Source: an uncultured virus (IMG/VR IMGVR_UViG_3300025936_000003) (lineage: Duplodnaviria; Heunggongvirae; Uroviricota; Caudoviricetes). From it: a DNA stretch of 64,000 nt. The stretch lies in the IMG/VR virus record IMGVR_UViG_3300025936_000003, one strand, 5' to 3'. Position 1 is the stretch's first letter; the number at the start of each line of letters is the position of its first letter. Position numbers and translations under genes: made by a program. Below, one piece after another: positions 52,531-62,648 of this stretch. A model generated the notes under the pieces. The model did no database searches. It worked only from the letters and a program-made list of their open reading frames with translations, and was not told the origin of the DNA.

Positions 52531-53736
52531 ATGAGGGGATTCTTCTCATCCTCTTCTGTTCAACGTGACAGCCCTGGAACTCTGATACCCAGATGTGGGG
52601 CTTGTGGACTTTTTCGGACGTGCAAATCTCCAAAGATGAAACCCTATGGAAAAGGGAAGATGGGAATTCTCGTCGTAGGCGAAGCCCCGGGAGAGAAGGA
52701 AGACGAGAAAGGACGACCCTTCATCGGCAAGGCCGGACAGCATCTACGGCAAGTCTTGGGTGAGATCGGCATAGACCTGGATCGAGATGCGTGGACAACC
52801 AATGCCCTTATATGTCGCCCACCGAAGAACAAAACACCAGACTCAAACCAAATCTCGCATTGTCGGCCTAATCTCCTCAACACCATCCGAGAATACCAAC
52901 CGCAGGTTGTCATCACGCTCGGCCGGTCGGCGCTGGACAGTATCCTTCCTCAGTATTGGAAAGGGGACATCGGCGCGATGGAGAGATGGGCAGGTTGGCG
53001 AATCCCACTCCCAGACTTCTGGCTCTGCCCAACTTTCCATCCATCCTACCTGCTGCGGATGAAGAACTCGCTCATGGACCGTCTCTTTGAGACTCACCTC
53101 ACTATGGCGTTTGGAATCTCTATCGCTCCACCCGAGCAACCCAAGTGGAATGAGAGAGTTCAGATCCTTTACGACGAGAAAGAGATCTGCCGAGAGATCC
53201 AAGGTGCAGATGATTCCGCCAGAGCAGAAGGATCTAACGGATGGCTCGCGGTCGACTACGAAACGAACTGTCTCAAGCCCGAGTGGCCAGAAGCGAAGAT
53301 CTTCTCTTGCGCGATTTCTAATGCCCACCGAACCATCAGCTACCCTTGGGTTGGTGAGGCTATCGTTGCGACAGGGAGGCTCCTCAAGTCAAATCGGACG
53401 AAGAAGATCGCCTCAAATCTCAAGATGGAAGAGCGTTGGACGCTGAAGACTTTCGGTCACGGTGTAGCCAATTGGGGTTGGGATACGATGCTCGCTTCTC
53501 ATTGCCTCGACAATCGACCTCACATCTGCGGACTCAAGTTTCAGCTGTTCGTAAAAATGGGTATCTGCTCCTACAATGAATCAGTTGAACCTTACTTAGC
53601 AAGTCAGGATGGACCCTACAATCGAATAGGTGAGATTTCTTGGAAGGACCTGCTGCTTTACGGTGGCTTAGATGCCCTTGGAGAGTATAGACTGGCAATG
53701 AAGCAGCGAAAGGAAATGGGATATGAACACGATTGA
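52531..53736 (+). CDS. Family-4 uracil-DNA glycosylase domain fused to PolA 3'-5' exonuclease
   Basis: CGACGL, VGEAPG, PFIGKAG, CRPPKN, FHPSYLLR; then AVDYET, DTML, YGGLDA. Confidence 0.85.
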   Translation: MRGFFSSSSVQRDSPGTLIPRCGACGLFRTCKSPKMKPYGKGKMGILVVGEAPGEKEDEKGRPFIGKAGQHLRQVLGEIGIDLDRDAWTTNALICRPPKNKTPDSNQISHCRPNLLNTIREYQPQVVITLGRSALDSILPQYWKGDIGAMERWAGWRIPLPDFWLCPTFHPSYLLRMKNSLMDRLFETHLTMAFGISIAPPEQPKWNERVQILYDEKEICREIQGADDSARAEGSNGWLAVDYETNCLKPEWPEAKIFSCAISNAHRTISYPWVGEAIVATGRLLKSNRTKKIASNLKMEERWTLKTFGHGVANWGWDTMLASHCLDNRPHICGLKFQLFVKMGICSYNESVEPYLASQDGPYNRIGEISWKDLLLYGGLDALGEYRLAMKQRKEMGYEHD

Positions 53737-54031
53737 ACATCTACTCACCTGCTTAGGTGAAGAAGGAGCTGAAATTGCTCACATCACCAGCAAAGCCATC
53801 CGATTTGGTCTTCACGAACGATGGGCGAAGAATCCAGACGAGAGCAAACCCTCCAACGCTGAGCGTCTCATAGACGAACTCAATGATCTTCTTGGTGTGG
53901 CTGACATGCTGGTCGAACGAGGAGAGATCCCAGCCAACTGGATGAACATCCCAAAGCAGGAAGCGAAGAAGGAGAAGGTGAGGAAATACATGAGATATGC
54001 TAAGGTGGACTGCGGGACTCTTAACGACTGA
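53723..54031 (+). CDS. MazG-like NTP pyrophosphohydrolase
   Basis: LGEEGAEI..SKAIRFG...DELNDLLGV. Confidence 0.65.
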   Translation: MNTIEHLLTCLGEEGAEIAHITSKAIRFGLHERWAKNPDESKPSNAERLIDELNDLLGVADMLVERGEIPANWMNIPKQEAKKEKVRKYMRYAKVDCGTLND

Positions 54032-55503
54032 TGAAAGTTGATGCTCTTCGCCAAGAAGGATACCAACTCCTTCACGATGGATTGATCGAGCTCTCTAAGG
54101 TGGAGGCGAATGGCATCCGCGTTGACGTTCCGCGCCTAGCTAAGACGAAAGAGACCCTCAAAGTGATGATGAGGCAGCTCAAAATTGAGATTGAAGCCGA
54201 TGATGTCTGGAAGGTATGGCGCAAGCGATACGGTGAGAAAGCCAACCTCACTTCTAGAGACCAGCTCGGCACCGTGCTCCACAAAGAACTAGGATATGAA
54301 ATTACTAACCAAACAGAAACCGGGCGACCTGCTACTGATGAAGAAGCCCTCCAGAAGATCGATCACCCGTTTGTCGGAAAGCTCATACGGTTTCTTAAAT
54401 ACGACAAGACTCTTGGTACGTTCCTTAAAGGGATCGAGAAAGAGGTCATTGCTGAGCGTCTTCATCCTGTATTCAATCTTCATGTTGCTAGGACATATCG
54501 CTCTTCAAGTGACTCACCTAACTTCCAGAATTTCCCAGTTCGTGACAAAGAGATTTCGGAGATAATCCGAAGCGTCTTCATTGCCTCCAAAGGTCATGTC
54601 CTTGTAGAGAACGATTTCAAAGGAGCCGAGGTTGTGGTGTCAGCGTGCTACCATAAAGACCCCAACTTCATTTCCTACATCACCACCGCCGGGAAAGACA
54701 TGCACAAGGACATGGCTGCCCAAATCTACATGCTCAAGCCTGAGCAGGTTGACAAAGAGACCAGGTATGGTGCTAAGAACAGGTTCGTCTTTCCACAATT
54801 TTACGGTGATTTTTACGTGGCTTGCGCTCGCAATCTATGGGAGTGGATCCAGAAGGGCAAGCTAAAAGGGCCAGACGGGAAATCCCTCTATAAGCATCTG
54901 CAGAAGCACGGAATTGACGAGCTGGGTGATTGCAATCCTGAAGAGGATCCTCGCGACGGGACCTTTGAGAAGCATCTGAAAGAGGTTGAGGATGACTTCT
55001 GGAACCGGCGATTCATGGCTTACGGTAAGTGGCGAAAGGATTGGTACCGGCGGTATCTCGACAAAGGATACTTCGACCTGCTGACAGGATTCAGAGTCCA
55101 TGGATCTTTCAACCGAAACTCGGCTGTGAACTATCCTGTTCAAGGAAGCGCCTTTCATTGTCTTCTTTGGGCCCTGATACGTGTGAATAAGTTGTTGGTA
55201 AAGCACCAGATGAAGTCAATGGTCGTGGGTCAAATCCACGACAGTTTGATAGGTGACGTCGCTGTCGACGAGCTCAAAGACTACCTGGAGATCGTCGAGA
55301 AGGTAGTCACCGTCGACTTGCCGAAAGCCTACAAGTGGCTCATTGTGCCGCTGGAGATCGAATATGAAATCGCTCCAGTCAACGGCAATTGGTTCCAGAA
55401 GAAAGAGACCAAATTCAAGAAGGGAAAGTTTTTCCATCCAGACAACCCAAAACGGTTCACGACTGATCCAGTCGTGTTCCTCAAAACACTGAAAAGCAAA
55501 TGA
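54031..55503 (+). CDS. polA: Family A DNA polymerase, polymerase domain only
   Basis: RSSSDSPNFQNFP, motif A DFKGAE, motif B RYGAKNRFVFPQFYG, NYPVQGSA, motif C QIHDS. Confidence 0.9.
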   Translation: MKVDALRQEGYQLLHDGLIELSKVEANGIRVDVPRLAKTKETLKVMMRQLKIEIEADDVWKVWRKRYGEKANLTSRDQLGTVLHKELGYEITNQTETGRPATDEEALQKIDHPFVGKLIRFLKYDKTLGTFLKGIEKEVIAERLHPVFNLHVARTYRSSSDSPNFQNFPVRDKEISEIIRSVFIASKGHVLVENDFKGAEVVVSACYHKDPNFISYITTAGKDMHKDMAAQIYMLKPEQVDKETRYGAKNRFVFPQFYGDFYVACARNLWEWIQKGKLKGPDGKSLYKHLQKHGIDELGDCNPEEDPRDGTFEKHLKEVEDDFWNRRFMAYGKWRKDWYRRYLDKGYFDLLTGFRVHGSFNRNSAVNYPVQGSAFHCLLWALIRVNKLLVKHQMKSMVVGQIHDSLIGDVAVDELKDYLEIVEKVVTVDLPKAYKWLIVPLEIEYEIAPVNGNWFQKKETKFKKGKFFHPDNPKRFTTDPVVFLKTLKSK

Positions 55504-55901
55504 GCCAAATAACCCACCCAGAACTCGTTAAGGCCCTGGTGAAGCCAGGGGAGACTATCGCAAGAGAATTGACTGGAAGCGATGCTAATCTGTGGCATAT
55601 GGCTTCCTGCATCCCAGGTGAAGCGGGCGAGCTATTCGACGCGGTCAAGAAGCGAGTCATCTACCGCAAGATACTAGACCGAGACAACGTCATCGAAGAG
55701 CTTGGTGACTTGGAGTTCTACCTTGAGGGACTCCGGCAGGAGCTCGGCATCACCCGAGAAGAGTGCCTGCAAGCAAACATTCACAAGCTCTCCAAACGAT
55801 ACATGGACCTGAAATACTCTAACCAAGCTGCGCAGGCCCGGGCCGACAAAGATGATGGCTGCGGGGCAATCGACGGTGGCGGGATTGGGGTGGGAGCATG
55901 A
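55500..55901 (+). CDS. MazG-like NTP pyrophosphohydrolase
   Basis: GEAGELFDAVKK, IEELGDLEFY, NIHKLSKRY. Confidence 0.85.
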   Translation: MSQITHPELVKALVKPGETIARELTGSDANLWHMASCIPGEAGELFDAVKKRVIYRKILDRDNVIEELGDLEFYLEGLRQELGITREECLQANIHKLSKRYMDLKYSNQAAQARADKDDGCGAIDGGGIGVGA

Positions 55902-56830
55902 GCATCTATCGTAAGTATCGGCCGAAGACTCTCAAAGGTGTCGTAGGGCAGGACAGTGCAATCCGGTCCATCCAGAAGCTGATGGACCGGAACGAACTCC
56001 CTCATGCTATTCTGCTGACTGGACCTTCCGGCACGGGCAAGACAACCATCGCGAGAATCATCCGAGATCATCTGCAATGCGAGAAAGCCGATTACCAAGA
56101 GATTGACTGCGCCGTCGCCGAGAGTCCGATCGAAGTGGTTAGGCGATTGTCTAAAGCTGCTCACCTCTCTCCCATGGTCAGTCCGTGCCGGGTGTTCTTT
56201 CTAGAAGAAGTTCAATCACTTAGCCGAGCTGGATTCTCTCAGCAAGCCTTCTTGAAGCTGCTTGAGGAAATTCCGGATCACGCCTATTACATTCTAGCCA
56301 CTACCGATTCTGGAAAGCTTCACAAAGCAGTCGTTACCCGATGCACTGAAGTCAGACTGGGTCCGCTTGACACACCCTCCTTAGGGAGAGTCATTCGGAG
56401 AGTCATCGACAAAGAGGCGATGAAGGTGTCCGACAAGGTTATCGATGAGATAGTAGATGCCAGCGACGGATCGGCCCGCAAAGCGTTGGTAATACTAGAG
56501 CAGGTGGGCTGGTTGGAATCTGAAGAGGAGCAGTTGAAAGGTGTCAGTTCCTCCTCGATAGACAAGGACCAAGCTATCCTGCTCGCGCGGGCTCTCTTCA
56601 AGCCGGGTGTCAAGTGGCCAGAGGTTGCTGCAATCTTGAGAGACCTCAAGGATGATCCAGAAGGAATTCGATATCTCATCTTAGGTTATTCTCGAACCAT
56701 TCTGCTTTCAGGTAGCAAGCTCTCACCTTGGGCATTCAGAGTCATTGACATCTTTTCAGACAATTTCTACGACTCAAAGCACGCTGGTTTAGCTGCGGCG
56801 TGCTGGGAATTGATTCAATGTTCTGAATAG
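55898..56830 (+). CDS. Clamp loader AAA+ subunit (DnaX-like)
   Basis: YRKYRPKTL..VVGQ, GPSGTGKTT, AFLKLLEE, VTRC, GSARKAL. Confidence 0.9.
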   Translation: MSIYRKYRPKTLKGVVGQDSAIRSIQKLMDRNELPHAILLTGPSGTGKTTIARIIRDHLQCEKADYQEIDCAVAESPIEVVRRLSKAAHLSPMVSPCRVFFLEEVQSLSRAGFSQQAFLKLLEEIPDHAYYILATTDSGKLHKAVVTRCTEVRLGPLDTPSLGRVIRRVIDKEAMKVSDKVIDEIVDASDGSARKALVILEQVGWLESEEEQLKGVSSSSIDKDQAILLARALFKPGVKWPEVAAILRDLKDDPEGIRYLILGYSRTILLSGSKLSPWAFRVIDIFSDNFYDSKHAGLAAACWELIQCSE

Positions 56831-56845
56831 CAGATAATAAAGTGC

Positions 56846-57322
56846 ATGAGTGATGAGCAACAGGTCAGCGTTGAGATTGATAAGAACAATCTCGACAAGG
56901 AATGTATTCACCTGCCGAACGATTATGTTGTGGCAGCGCGCCAAGCTGCTGATGTAAGGCTGGACATGGACGAGAAGAAAGCTCACTTGGACGTGGTCCA
57001 AGCTCAACTGGCGAAAGAGATCCGAGCCGATCCTGAATCATTCGAAATCGAAAAGCTCACCGAAGCGGCACTCGCTTCAACCATTTTGCTCCAGCCACGC
57101 TACCAGAAGGCGCTCAGTATCTTCCAGAAAGCGAAGCACGATTACGATTTGATTCAAGCCCTTGTTTGGGCATTGGAGCATAAGAAACGCTCGCTGACTC
57201 TTTTGGTCGAACTTCACGGCTTGGGATACTTTTCAGATGTGAAGGTCTCCGAGAAAGGCCGGGAAGCGGTGAACGAGATGCTTCGCAAGAAGGTCCACAA
57301 AAAGTTCAGAGACGATGACTAA
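56846..57322 (+). CDS. UvsY-like recombination mediator (helical)
   Basis: Coiled-coil, KLTEAAL..., ALEHKKRSL; next to SSB and RecA. Confidence 0.5.
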   Translation: MSDEQQVSVEIDKNNLDKECIHLPNDYVVAARQAADVRLDMDEKKAHLDVVQAQLAKEIRADPESFEIEKLTEAALASTILLQPRYQKALSIFQKAKHDYDLIQALVWALEHKKRSLTLLVELHGLGYFSDVKVSEKGREAVNEMLRKKVHKKFRDDD

Positions 57323-57492
57323 TGAATACCTTCGACATCTTACTCCTTTTGTTCGCGGGACTGATAATACTGCCCATCATGACTTACATGGTGGTGAAAT
57401 TTGGTGCGGCCGGCTATTTTAGGGCGCGCCGCAGAGAACAGAACAGACAAAACACCGAGAAAGGAAACCTAAATGAGTCGTGCCAAAAGTGA
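57322..57492 (+). CDS. Small single-pass membrane protein (56 aa)
   Basis: Manual translation MNTFDILLLLFAGLIILPIMTYMVVKFGAAGYFRARRR... Confidence 0.45.
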   Translation: MNTFDILLLLFAGLIILPIMTYMVVKFGAAGYFRARRREQNRQNTEKGNLNESCQK

Positions 57493-58786
57493 AAAACGGC
57501 GTTACACGAACGCCCGGGAGCAGGCGAACAAGCAATCGCTGGGCTTTGTTCCTGCATACCTAAAGCTGCCGAAGGGTGCCAGCCTCTTCAAACCCAAAGC
57601 AGGGGTCATGCTCTTGGATATACTGCCCTTCGAAGCAGGCAAGGGCAATCCAAATGCAGACGAAGGGATGCTACACTGGGAGAGGACTTTCAGTGCCCAC
57701 CGCGGCATCGGAGCCAACAGTGACAGTTTCCTCTGCCCGCGACTGCTAAACAAGAAGCCGTGTCCCATCTGCGAACACCGCCTTCACCTGGTGAAGGCCG
57801 GGGACGAGGACGACGAGGATCTCATCAAGGATCTCTCGCCGAAGACCCGTCAGCTGTTCAACGTCATCAACCTCAAGGATCCGGACAAGGGAGTTCAGAT
57901 TTGGGACATGTCCTACTTCCTGTTCGGCGAGACGCTTTACAAGCGGCTGCGGGATGCCGACGAGGGCGACGAGTGGGAGAACTTCTTCTTCCTAGAGGGC
58001 GGGCTAACACTAAAGATCGGCTTCAGTGAGCGGTCCTTTGGTGGTGCATCCTTCCACGAGGTGGACACCATCGACTTCAAGCCTCGCAAGCGGGATTACG
58101 ATGACGACATCCTGGAGCAGGTTCACGTCCTGGACGACTTACTTGTCGTTCCTGAGTATGACGAGCTCAAAGAGACCTTCCTTGAGACTACCGAGGACGA
58201 ACCCAAGAAGGGCAAGCGCAGCAAGGACGATGATGATGACGATGATGATGAACCAAAGTCAAAACGCCGTCATGCAGACGATGATGACGATGATGATGAT
58301 GACGATGATGACGAGCCCAAGGGCAAAAAGCGTCATGCAGACGATGACGATGACGATGATGACGATGATGAACCCAAGGGCAAGAAAGCAGCTCGCAACG
58401 GGGACGATGACGATGACGATGAGGTTGACGAGCCGAAGAAAAAGTCCTCCAAGGCTGACGACGACGATGACGACGATGACGATGATGAACCCAAGGGCAA
58501 GAAAAAGACTCCCAGTGACGATGACGACGACTGGGATGACGTAGATGACGATGATGACGATGAGCCCAAGGGCAAAAAGAAGCCGGCCGATGACGACGAT
58601 GATGATTCGGACGACGATGACGATGAGCCCAAGGACAAGAAAAAGAAGAACCAGTTCGCCAAGCAGAAGGGCGACAAGGGCTGGGACAAGGACGATGACG
58701 ATGATGACGATGACGAGCCTAAAAAGAAGAAAAAGGTCGCCGCGTCCGCCGATGACGACGATGATTCGGACGACGATGACGACTGA
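57473..58786 (+). CDS. Single-stranded DNA-binding protein (gp32-like) with long Asp/Lys repeat tail
   Basis: H..CP....CPICE zinc site, RQLFNVI, GVQIWD; acidic tail; precedes RecA. Confidence 0.75.
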   Translation: MSRAKSEKRRYTNAREQANKQSLGFVPAYLKLPKGASLFKPKAGVMLLDILPFEAGKGNPNADEGMLHWERTFSAHRGIGANSDSFLCPRLLNKKPCPICEHRLHLVKAGDEDDEDLIKDLSPKTRQLFNVINLKDPDKGVQIWDMSYFLFGETLYKRLRDADEGDEWENFFFLEGGLTLKIGFSERSFGGASFHEVDTIDFKPRKRDYDDDILEQVHVLDDLLVVPEYDELKETFLETTEDEPKKGKRSKDDDDDDDDEPKSKRRHADDDDDDDDDDDDEPKGKKRHADDDDDDDDDDEPKGKKAARNGDDDDDDEVDEPKKKSSKADDDDDDDDDDEPKGKKKTPSDDDDDWDDVDDDDDDEPKGKKKPADDDDDDSDDDDDEPKDKKKKNQFAKQKGDKGWDKDDDDDDDDEPKKKKKVAASADDDDDSDDDDD

Positions 58787-59892
58787 TGAGTCCGAAGGCC
58801 ATACTCACCAAGCGGCGCGACAAGGTGCTGCTTAACGGGGAGAGTGCTCTCAGCACTGGGAGCACTCTCCTCAATCTCGCTTGCACAGGCCACCCCGATC
58901 TTGGTTTTCTCAAAGGCGGCTACTACTACCTAGTGGGTGACAGCACCAGCGGTAAAACGTGGCTCTCTCTTACCTGCTTCGCAGAGGCCTGCTGCAATAA
59001 AGCCTTCCGCAATTACCGGCTCATCTTCGACGACGTGGAGAACGGTGCGCTGATGGATATTGAGCATTATTTCGGCAAGGCCGTAGCGCAGAGGATGGAA
59101 CCTCCCGCTACTAAGAAAGGGCTGCCTGCCTACAGCGACACGGTTGAATCATTCTACTACAACATCACCGATCGGCTGAAGGAGGGTGAGCCTCTCATCT
59201 ACGTGCTCGACTCTCAAGACGCGCTCACGTCAACCGCAGCCACTAAGAAATTTCAACAGCAGAAGAAAGCGTCTGAAGAGTCCGAGGATTCCAAAGGGTC
59301 CTACGGTGACGGAAAGGCGAAGTATCACAGTGAGAATCTCCGTGTTGTCCTAGCCGGATTGAGAAAGACCAGAAGCATTCTCATTATCATCGGGCAGACT
59401 CGCGACAATCTCGGCTTTGGGTTCGATCCCAAGACGCGCTCGGGTGGGCGTGCTCTTCGCTTCTACGCCAACCTCGAGATTTGGACTTCGGTCAAAGAGA
59501 AGATCCGCAAGCTAGTCCGTGGACGAGAGCGCACGATCGGCGTCCGCTGTTTAGCCGAGATACGCAAGAACCGTGTGACCGGCAAGATTGGTAAGGACCG
59601 CATGGTTGAGCTGCCGATCTACTACGATCTCGGCATTGACGACCTAGGCTCGTGCGTAGACTTCCTCATTGCCGAGAAGCACTGGCCTAAGGTGAAGCAG
59701 GAAGGTGAAGAGGCCAAGTCCAAGAAGAAGATTTACGATGCTACCGACTTGATGTTCACTGGCACGCGAGAAAAGATCGTGAGATACACCGAAGTTGAAG
59801 ATCTTGAGCCGAAGGTGAGGGAGATCACAACTCAGGTTTGGAAAGGAATCGAAGATGAGTGTCGACCCAACAGGAAGCGCCGTTACGTATGA
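58786..59892 (+). CDS. RecA/UvsX-like recombinase
   Basis: LSTGSTLLN, GDSTSGKT, YVLDS, IIGQTR, SGGRALRFYA, KNRV. Confidence 0.9.
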   Translation: MSPKAILTKRRDKVLLNGESALSTGSTLLNLACTGHPDLGFLKGGYYYLVGDSTSGKTWLSLTCFAEACCNKAFRNYRLIFDDVENGALMDIEHYFGKAVAQRMEPPATKKGLPAYSDTVESFYYNITDRLKEGEPLIYVLDSQDALTSTAATKKFQQQKKASEESEDSKGSYGDGKAKYHSENLRVVLAGLRKTRSILIIIGQTRDNLGFGFDPKTRSGGRALRFYANLEIWTSVKEKIRKLVRGRERTIGVRCLAEIRKNRVTGKIGKDRMVELPIYYDLGIDDLGSCVDFLIAEKHWPKVKQEGEEAKSKKKIYDATDLMFTGTREKIVRYTEVEDLEPKVREITTQVWKGIEDECRPNRKRRYV

Positions 59893-60536
59893 AACGAAAA
59901 GTAATTCAGATCACATCAAACATTGACTCGGTTGGAAAGTATCTCATCCTCGCAGTTTGCAACGACGGAACGATTTGGAAACTCGACGGACTTTATGAGG
60001 GAGATCCTATTTGGCAGCCCTTCATAACCCCTCCCCAACCAACTCCTCCTGAAGAAGACGATACCGCATGAGCCCAGCTGAATTTCCTGAAGCCAATCAA
60101 GTGTTCGGACCACCACAAGGGATGGATGTGAATCAGGTGATGCCTATAAAGGCTTTTGTAGGTCAAATCCTAGGTGGCTCGTGCGACGGGATGCAGATGG
60201 TCGTCGTAGCCTGGAGACCTGAACCAGAAGACCTCGTCGCTCTGAACGATGGGGCGTTGGTGTATCTTGCAGTCATAGGTGGCTTGCCTCCTCATGCCGT
60301 AACCACGACATTCCCAACAAGGATAGGATGAAAAAAGTCAGAGCACTCGCCAAAGTCCAAATCACAGTAGAAGTCGAAGCCAGTGGTGCGTGGGGACCTG
60401 ATTGTTCCATCGGCCAACTCTACAACCAAGCAGAAGAGTCAGCAAAGGGATCACTCGCCAACCTCTTCTCCGCCCAAGGGAAGTCCTTCAGGATTGTAGG
60501 ATCACCCAAAGTCCTCGGCATCATGACAGAGGACTT

Positions 60537-61229
60537 ATGAAGAAAAAGCACCACGCCGATCAGTTTGAATTGGGTCTCCTTCCTGCCGATGAGATCAAGA
60601 ACGAGGGGGCTGGTGAAGTTTGGAAGAAGAGTGAACGAGACAAGGCGTTGGACCGTTACTTTGCCGGTGCCCACCCGAAGCAGATTGGGATAGACTTCAA
60701 GGGAGCCCCCAAGGCTTTCATGAATTCAATTCTGAACAAGCTCAAATACAACTATAAGAAGAAGGGGAAAGAGGATCAGCCCGGCCGAGCCGAACGATAC
60801 GAACCCTTTCGTCGTGCCAGCAGAAAGGGACAGAGACTCACCCCAAACGAAATTGACTTCATCAGGGCTCATCAGGAGATAGGACTCGACCAGAAGATCA
60901 CTGCGAAGATCATCTGCCGCGATGTCCTTGAAATTTTCCCAGACCACGAGAGTGACAACCGAGTCAACAGTCTGAAAGAGATTGTCCCCTCTCTCGAAGT
61001 GGTGCTGGCCTTCCGCTACGTCTTCCACGTTTACAACAAACAAATCATTTCTGATAAGAAATACGACGACCTGAAATTTGCTGAGATAGAATATGGCACG
61101 GGGTATGCCGAGCTGAAGAAAAGCCCGAAGGATTGCCCGCACTACATCAAACATCTCGCCATGTATCTGGTCGAGAAGTATGAAGCTCACGAGAGAGACA
61201 AGATGAAAACAAGGAAGGACGAGTCGTGA
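60537..61229 (+). CDS. Hypothetical protein with ligase domain-Ia-like C-terminal motif
   Basis: YVFHVYNKQIISDKKYDDL resembles the LigA N-terminal Y..Y....ISD..YD motif. Confidence 0.35.
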   Translation: MKKKHHADQFELGLLPADEIKNEGAGEVWKKSERDKALDRYFAGAHPKQIGIDFKGAPKAFMNSILNKLKYNYKKKGKEDQPGRAERYEPFRRASRKGQRLTPNEIDFIRAHQEIGLDQKITAKIICRDVLEIFPDHESDNRVNSLKEIVPSLEVVLAFRYVFHVYNKQIISDKKYDDLKFAEIEYGTGYAELKKSPKDCPHYIKHLAMYLVEKYEAHERDKMKTRKDES

Positions 61230-62056
61230 GCGAACTTCTTGTCCTCGACGTGCATCTGCTTTGTCACCGGGCGTTCCATACCATGAAGAATCTCTCATGG
61301 GAAGGAAAGGCAACCGGAGTCATATTCGGATTCCTCAAGACTCTCAACTTCCTCAGGGACGAGCTCCAAACCGACCAATTCGCATTCTGCTTTGAGCACC
61401 CTCACCTCTACCGCAAGGACATCTACCCAGCCTACAAGCAGAAGCGAGCTGAGCAACGAACACCTGAAGAGAAGAGAGCTCGCAAAGAGCTGTCTCGTCA
61501 GATTGGTCTGCTCCGGGAGAGGTACCTCCCAATGATTGGATTCAGAAATATCCACTACGTTTACGGGTATGAAAGTGATGACCTGATGGCCGAAATAGCC
61601 GAGCTCCATCTCAGGGGAGAAGTTATCCTCGTGACATCTGACTCAGATCTCTTCCAATGCCTCAAGCCAGACGTCTCAATCTACTCACCATCTGCTGGGA
61701 GGGTCCTAACCAAAGCGTGGTTCGAGAAGAAGTATGGGATCCATCCTCTCCAGTGGGCAAGAGTGAAAGCCATTGCGGGTTGTGCCACTGATGAGGTCAA
61801 AGGGATTCCCAGGATCGGAGAGCTAACGGCTCTCAAGTTCCTGCGCGGCGAGCTCAAAGAGTCTAGCGCAGCGTATAAAGCTATCGATTCCGCACGAGGC
61901 CAGGCTATCGCGCATCGAAACAGGCGTCTAGTAAGATTGCCCTTCGAGGACTGCCCAACGCCGATCATGCAAAGAGACAGGCTGAGCAAGAAGGGATGGG
62001 AAGAGGTTTGCGACGAACTTGGAATGAAATCATTAGCAGGAGGCTTTCGTGCCTAA
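61226..62056 (+). CDS. 5'-3' exonuclease / flap endonuclease (PolI N-terminal-like)
   Basis: LVLD, RKDIYPAYK, YESDDL, TSDSDLFQ, VKGIPRIGELTA. Confidence 0.9.
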   Translation: MSELLVLDVHLLCHRAFHTMKNLSWEGKATGVIFGFLKTLNFLRDELQTDQFAFCFEHPHLYRKDIYPAYKQKRAEQRTPEEKRARKELSRQIGLLRERYLPMIGFRNIHYVYGYESDDLMAEIAELHLRGEVILVTSDSDLFQCLKPDVSIYSPSAGRVLTKAWFEKKYGIHPLQWARVKAIAGCATDEVKGIPRIGELTALKFLRGELKESSAAYKAIDSARGQAIAHRNRRLVRLPFEDCPTPIMQRDRLSKKGWEEVCDELGMKSLAGGFRA

Positions 62057-62648
62057 GGCCGCGAAGGGATCAGACTTCGAGCGCGAGTTGTGCAAGCGTC
62101 TCTCCTTGTGGTGGACAGATGGTGAGAGAAACGATATATTTTGGCGCACCTCCCAATCAGGTGGGCGTGCTACCCAGAGGTCAAAGAAGGGAGAGACCAC
62201 GTTTGGAAGCTACGGGGATCTGACAGCGATTGACCCCATTGGCTCTCCACTCATTAAGATGTTCACGATCGAGTTGAAGCGTGGATCCTCATACGGCACG
62301 CCGGGTGACCTGCTCGACTTCAAACCAATCAATTCAAAGCACCCTTGGGTGGTGTGTCTCAAGCAAGCGATTCGTAGTCATGAACAAGCAGGTAGTCTCG
62401 CTTGGATGATGATTTGCAGACGAGACCATCGCCTGCCGATCGTGTATCTAGAAGCGAGGATCCTTAGGATGTTGAGAGGCGACAGCGGTCCAATATCAAG
62501 TGACTCCAATTTCGTGAAATTCTATTTGACCATTAAGCAGGAGTCCCTGGGATTCGACCGTATCTGCTTCACAGGGCTCCCACTAGAATCCTTCCTTGAA
62601 TCCATTAGTCCCAAACAGATAATAAGAACGGTCAAAGGCTACAAATGA
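62049..62648 (+). CDS. Holliday junction resolvase (PD-(D/E)XK)
   Basis: KGSDFERE, RTSQSGG, GDL, IELK. Confidence 0.8.
   Translation: MPKAAKGSDFERELCKRLSLWWTDGERNDIFWRTSQSGGRATQRSKKGETTFGSYGDLTAIDPIGSPLIKMFTIELKRGSSYGTPGDLLDFKPINSKHPWVVCLKQAIRSHEQAGSLAWMMICRRDHRLPIVYLEARILRMLRGDSGPISSDSNFVKFYLTIKQESLGFDRICFTGLPLESFLESISPKQIIRTVKGYK

Noticed and set aside
53723..54031. Intron or homing endonuclease splitting polA
   Set aside because: The interval is fully occupied by a MazG-like ORF with coupled start/stop codons; no room or motifs for a group I intron
58026..58893. Met/Thr-rich and poly-Ser ORFs
   Set aside because: Alternative-frame readings of the GAT/GAC repeats of the SSB tail
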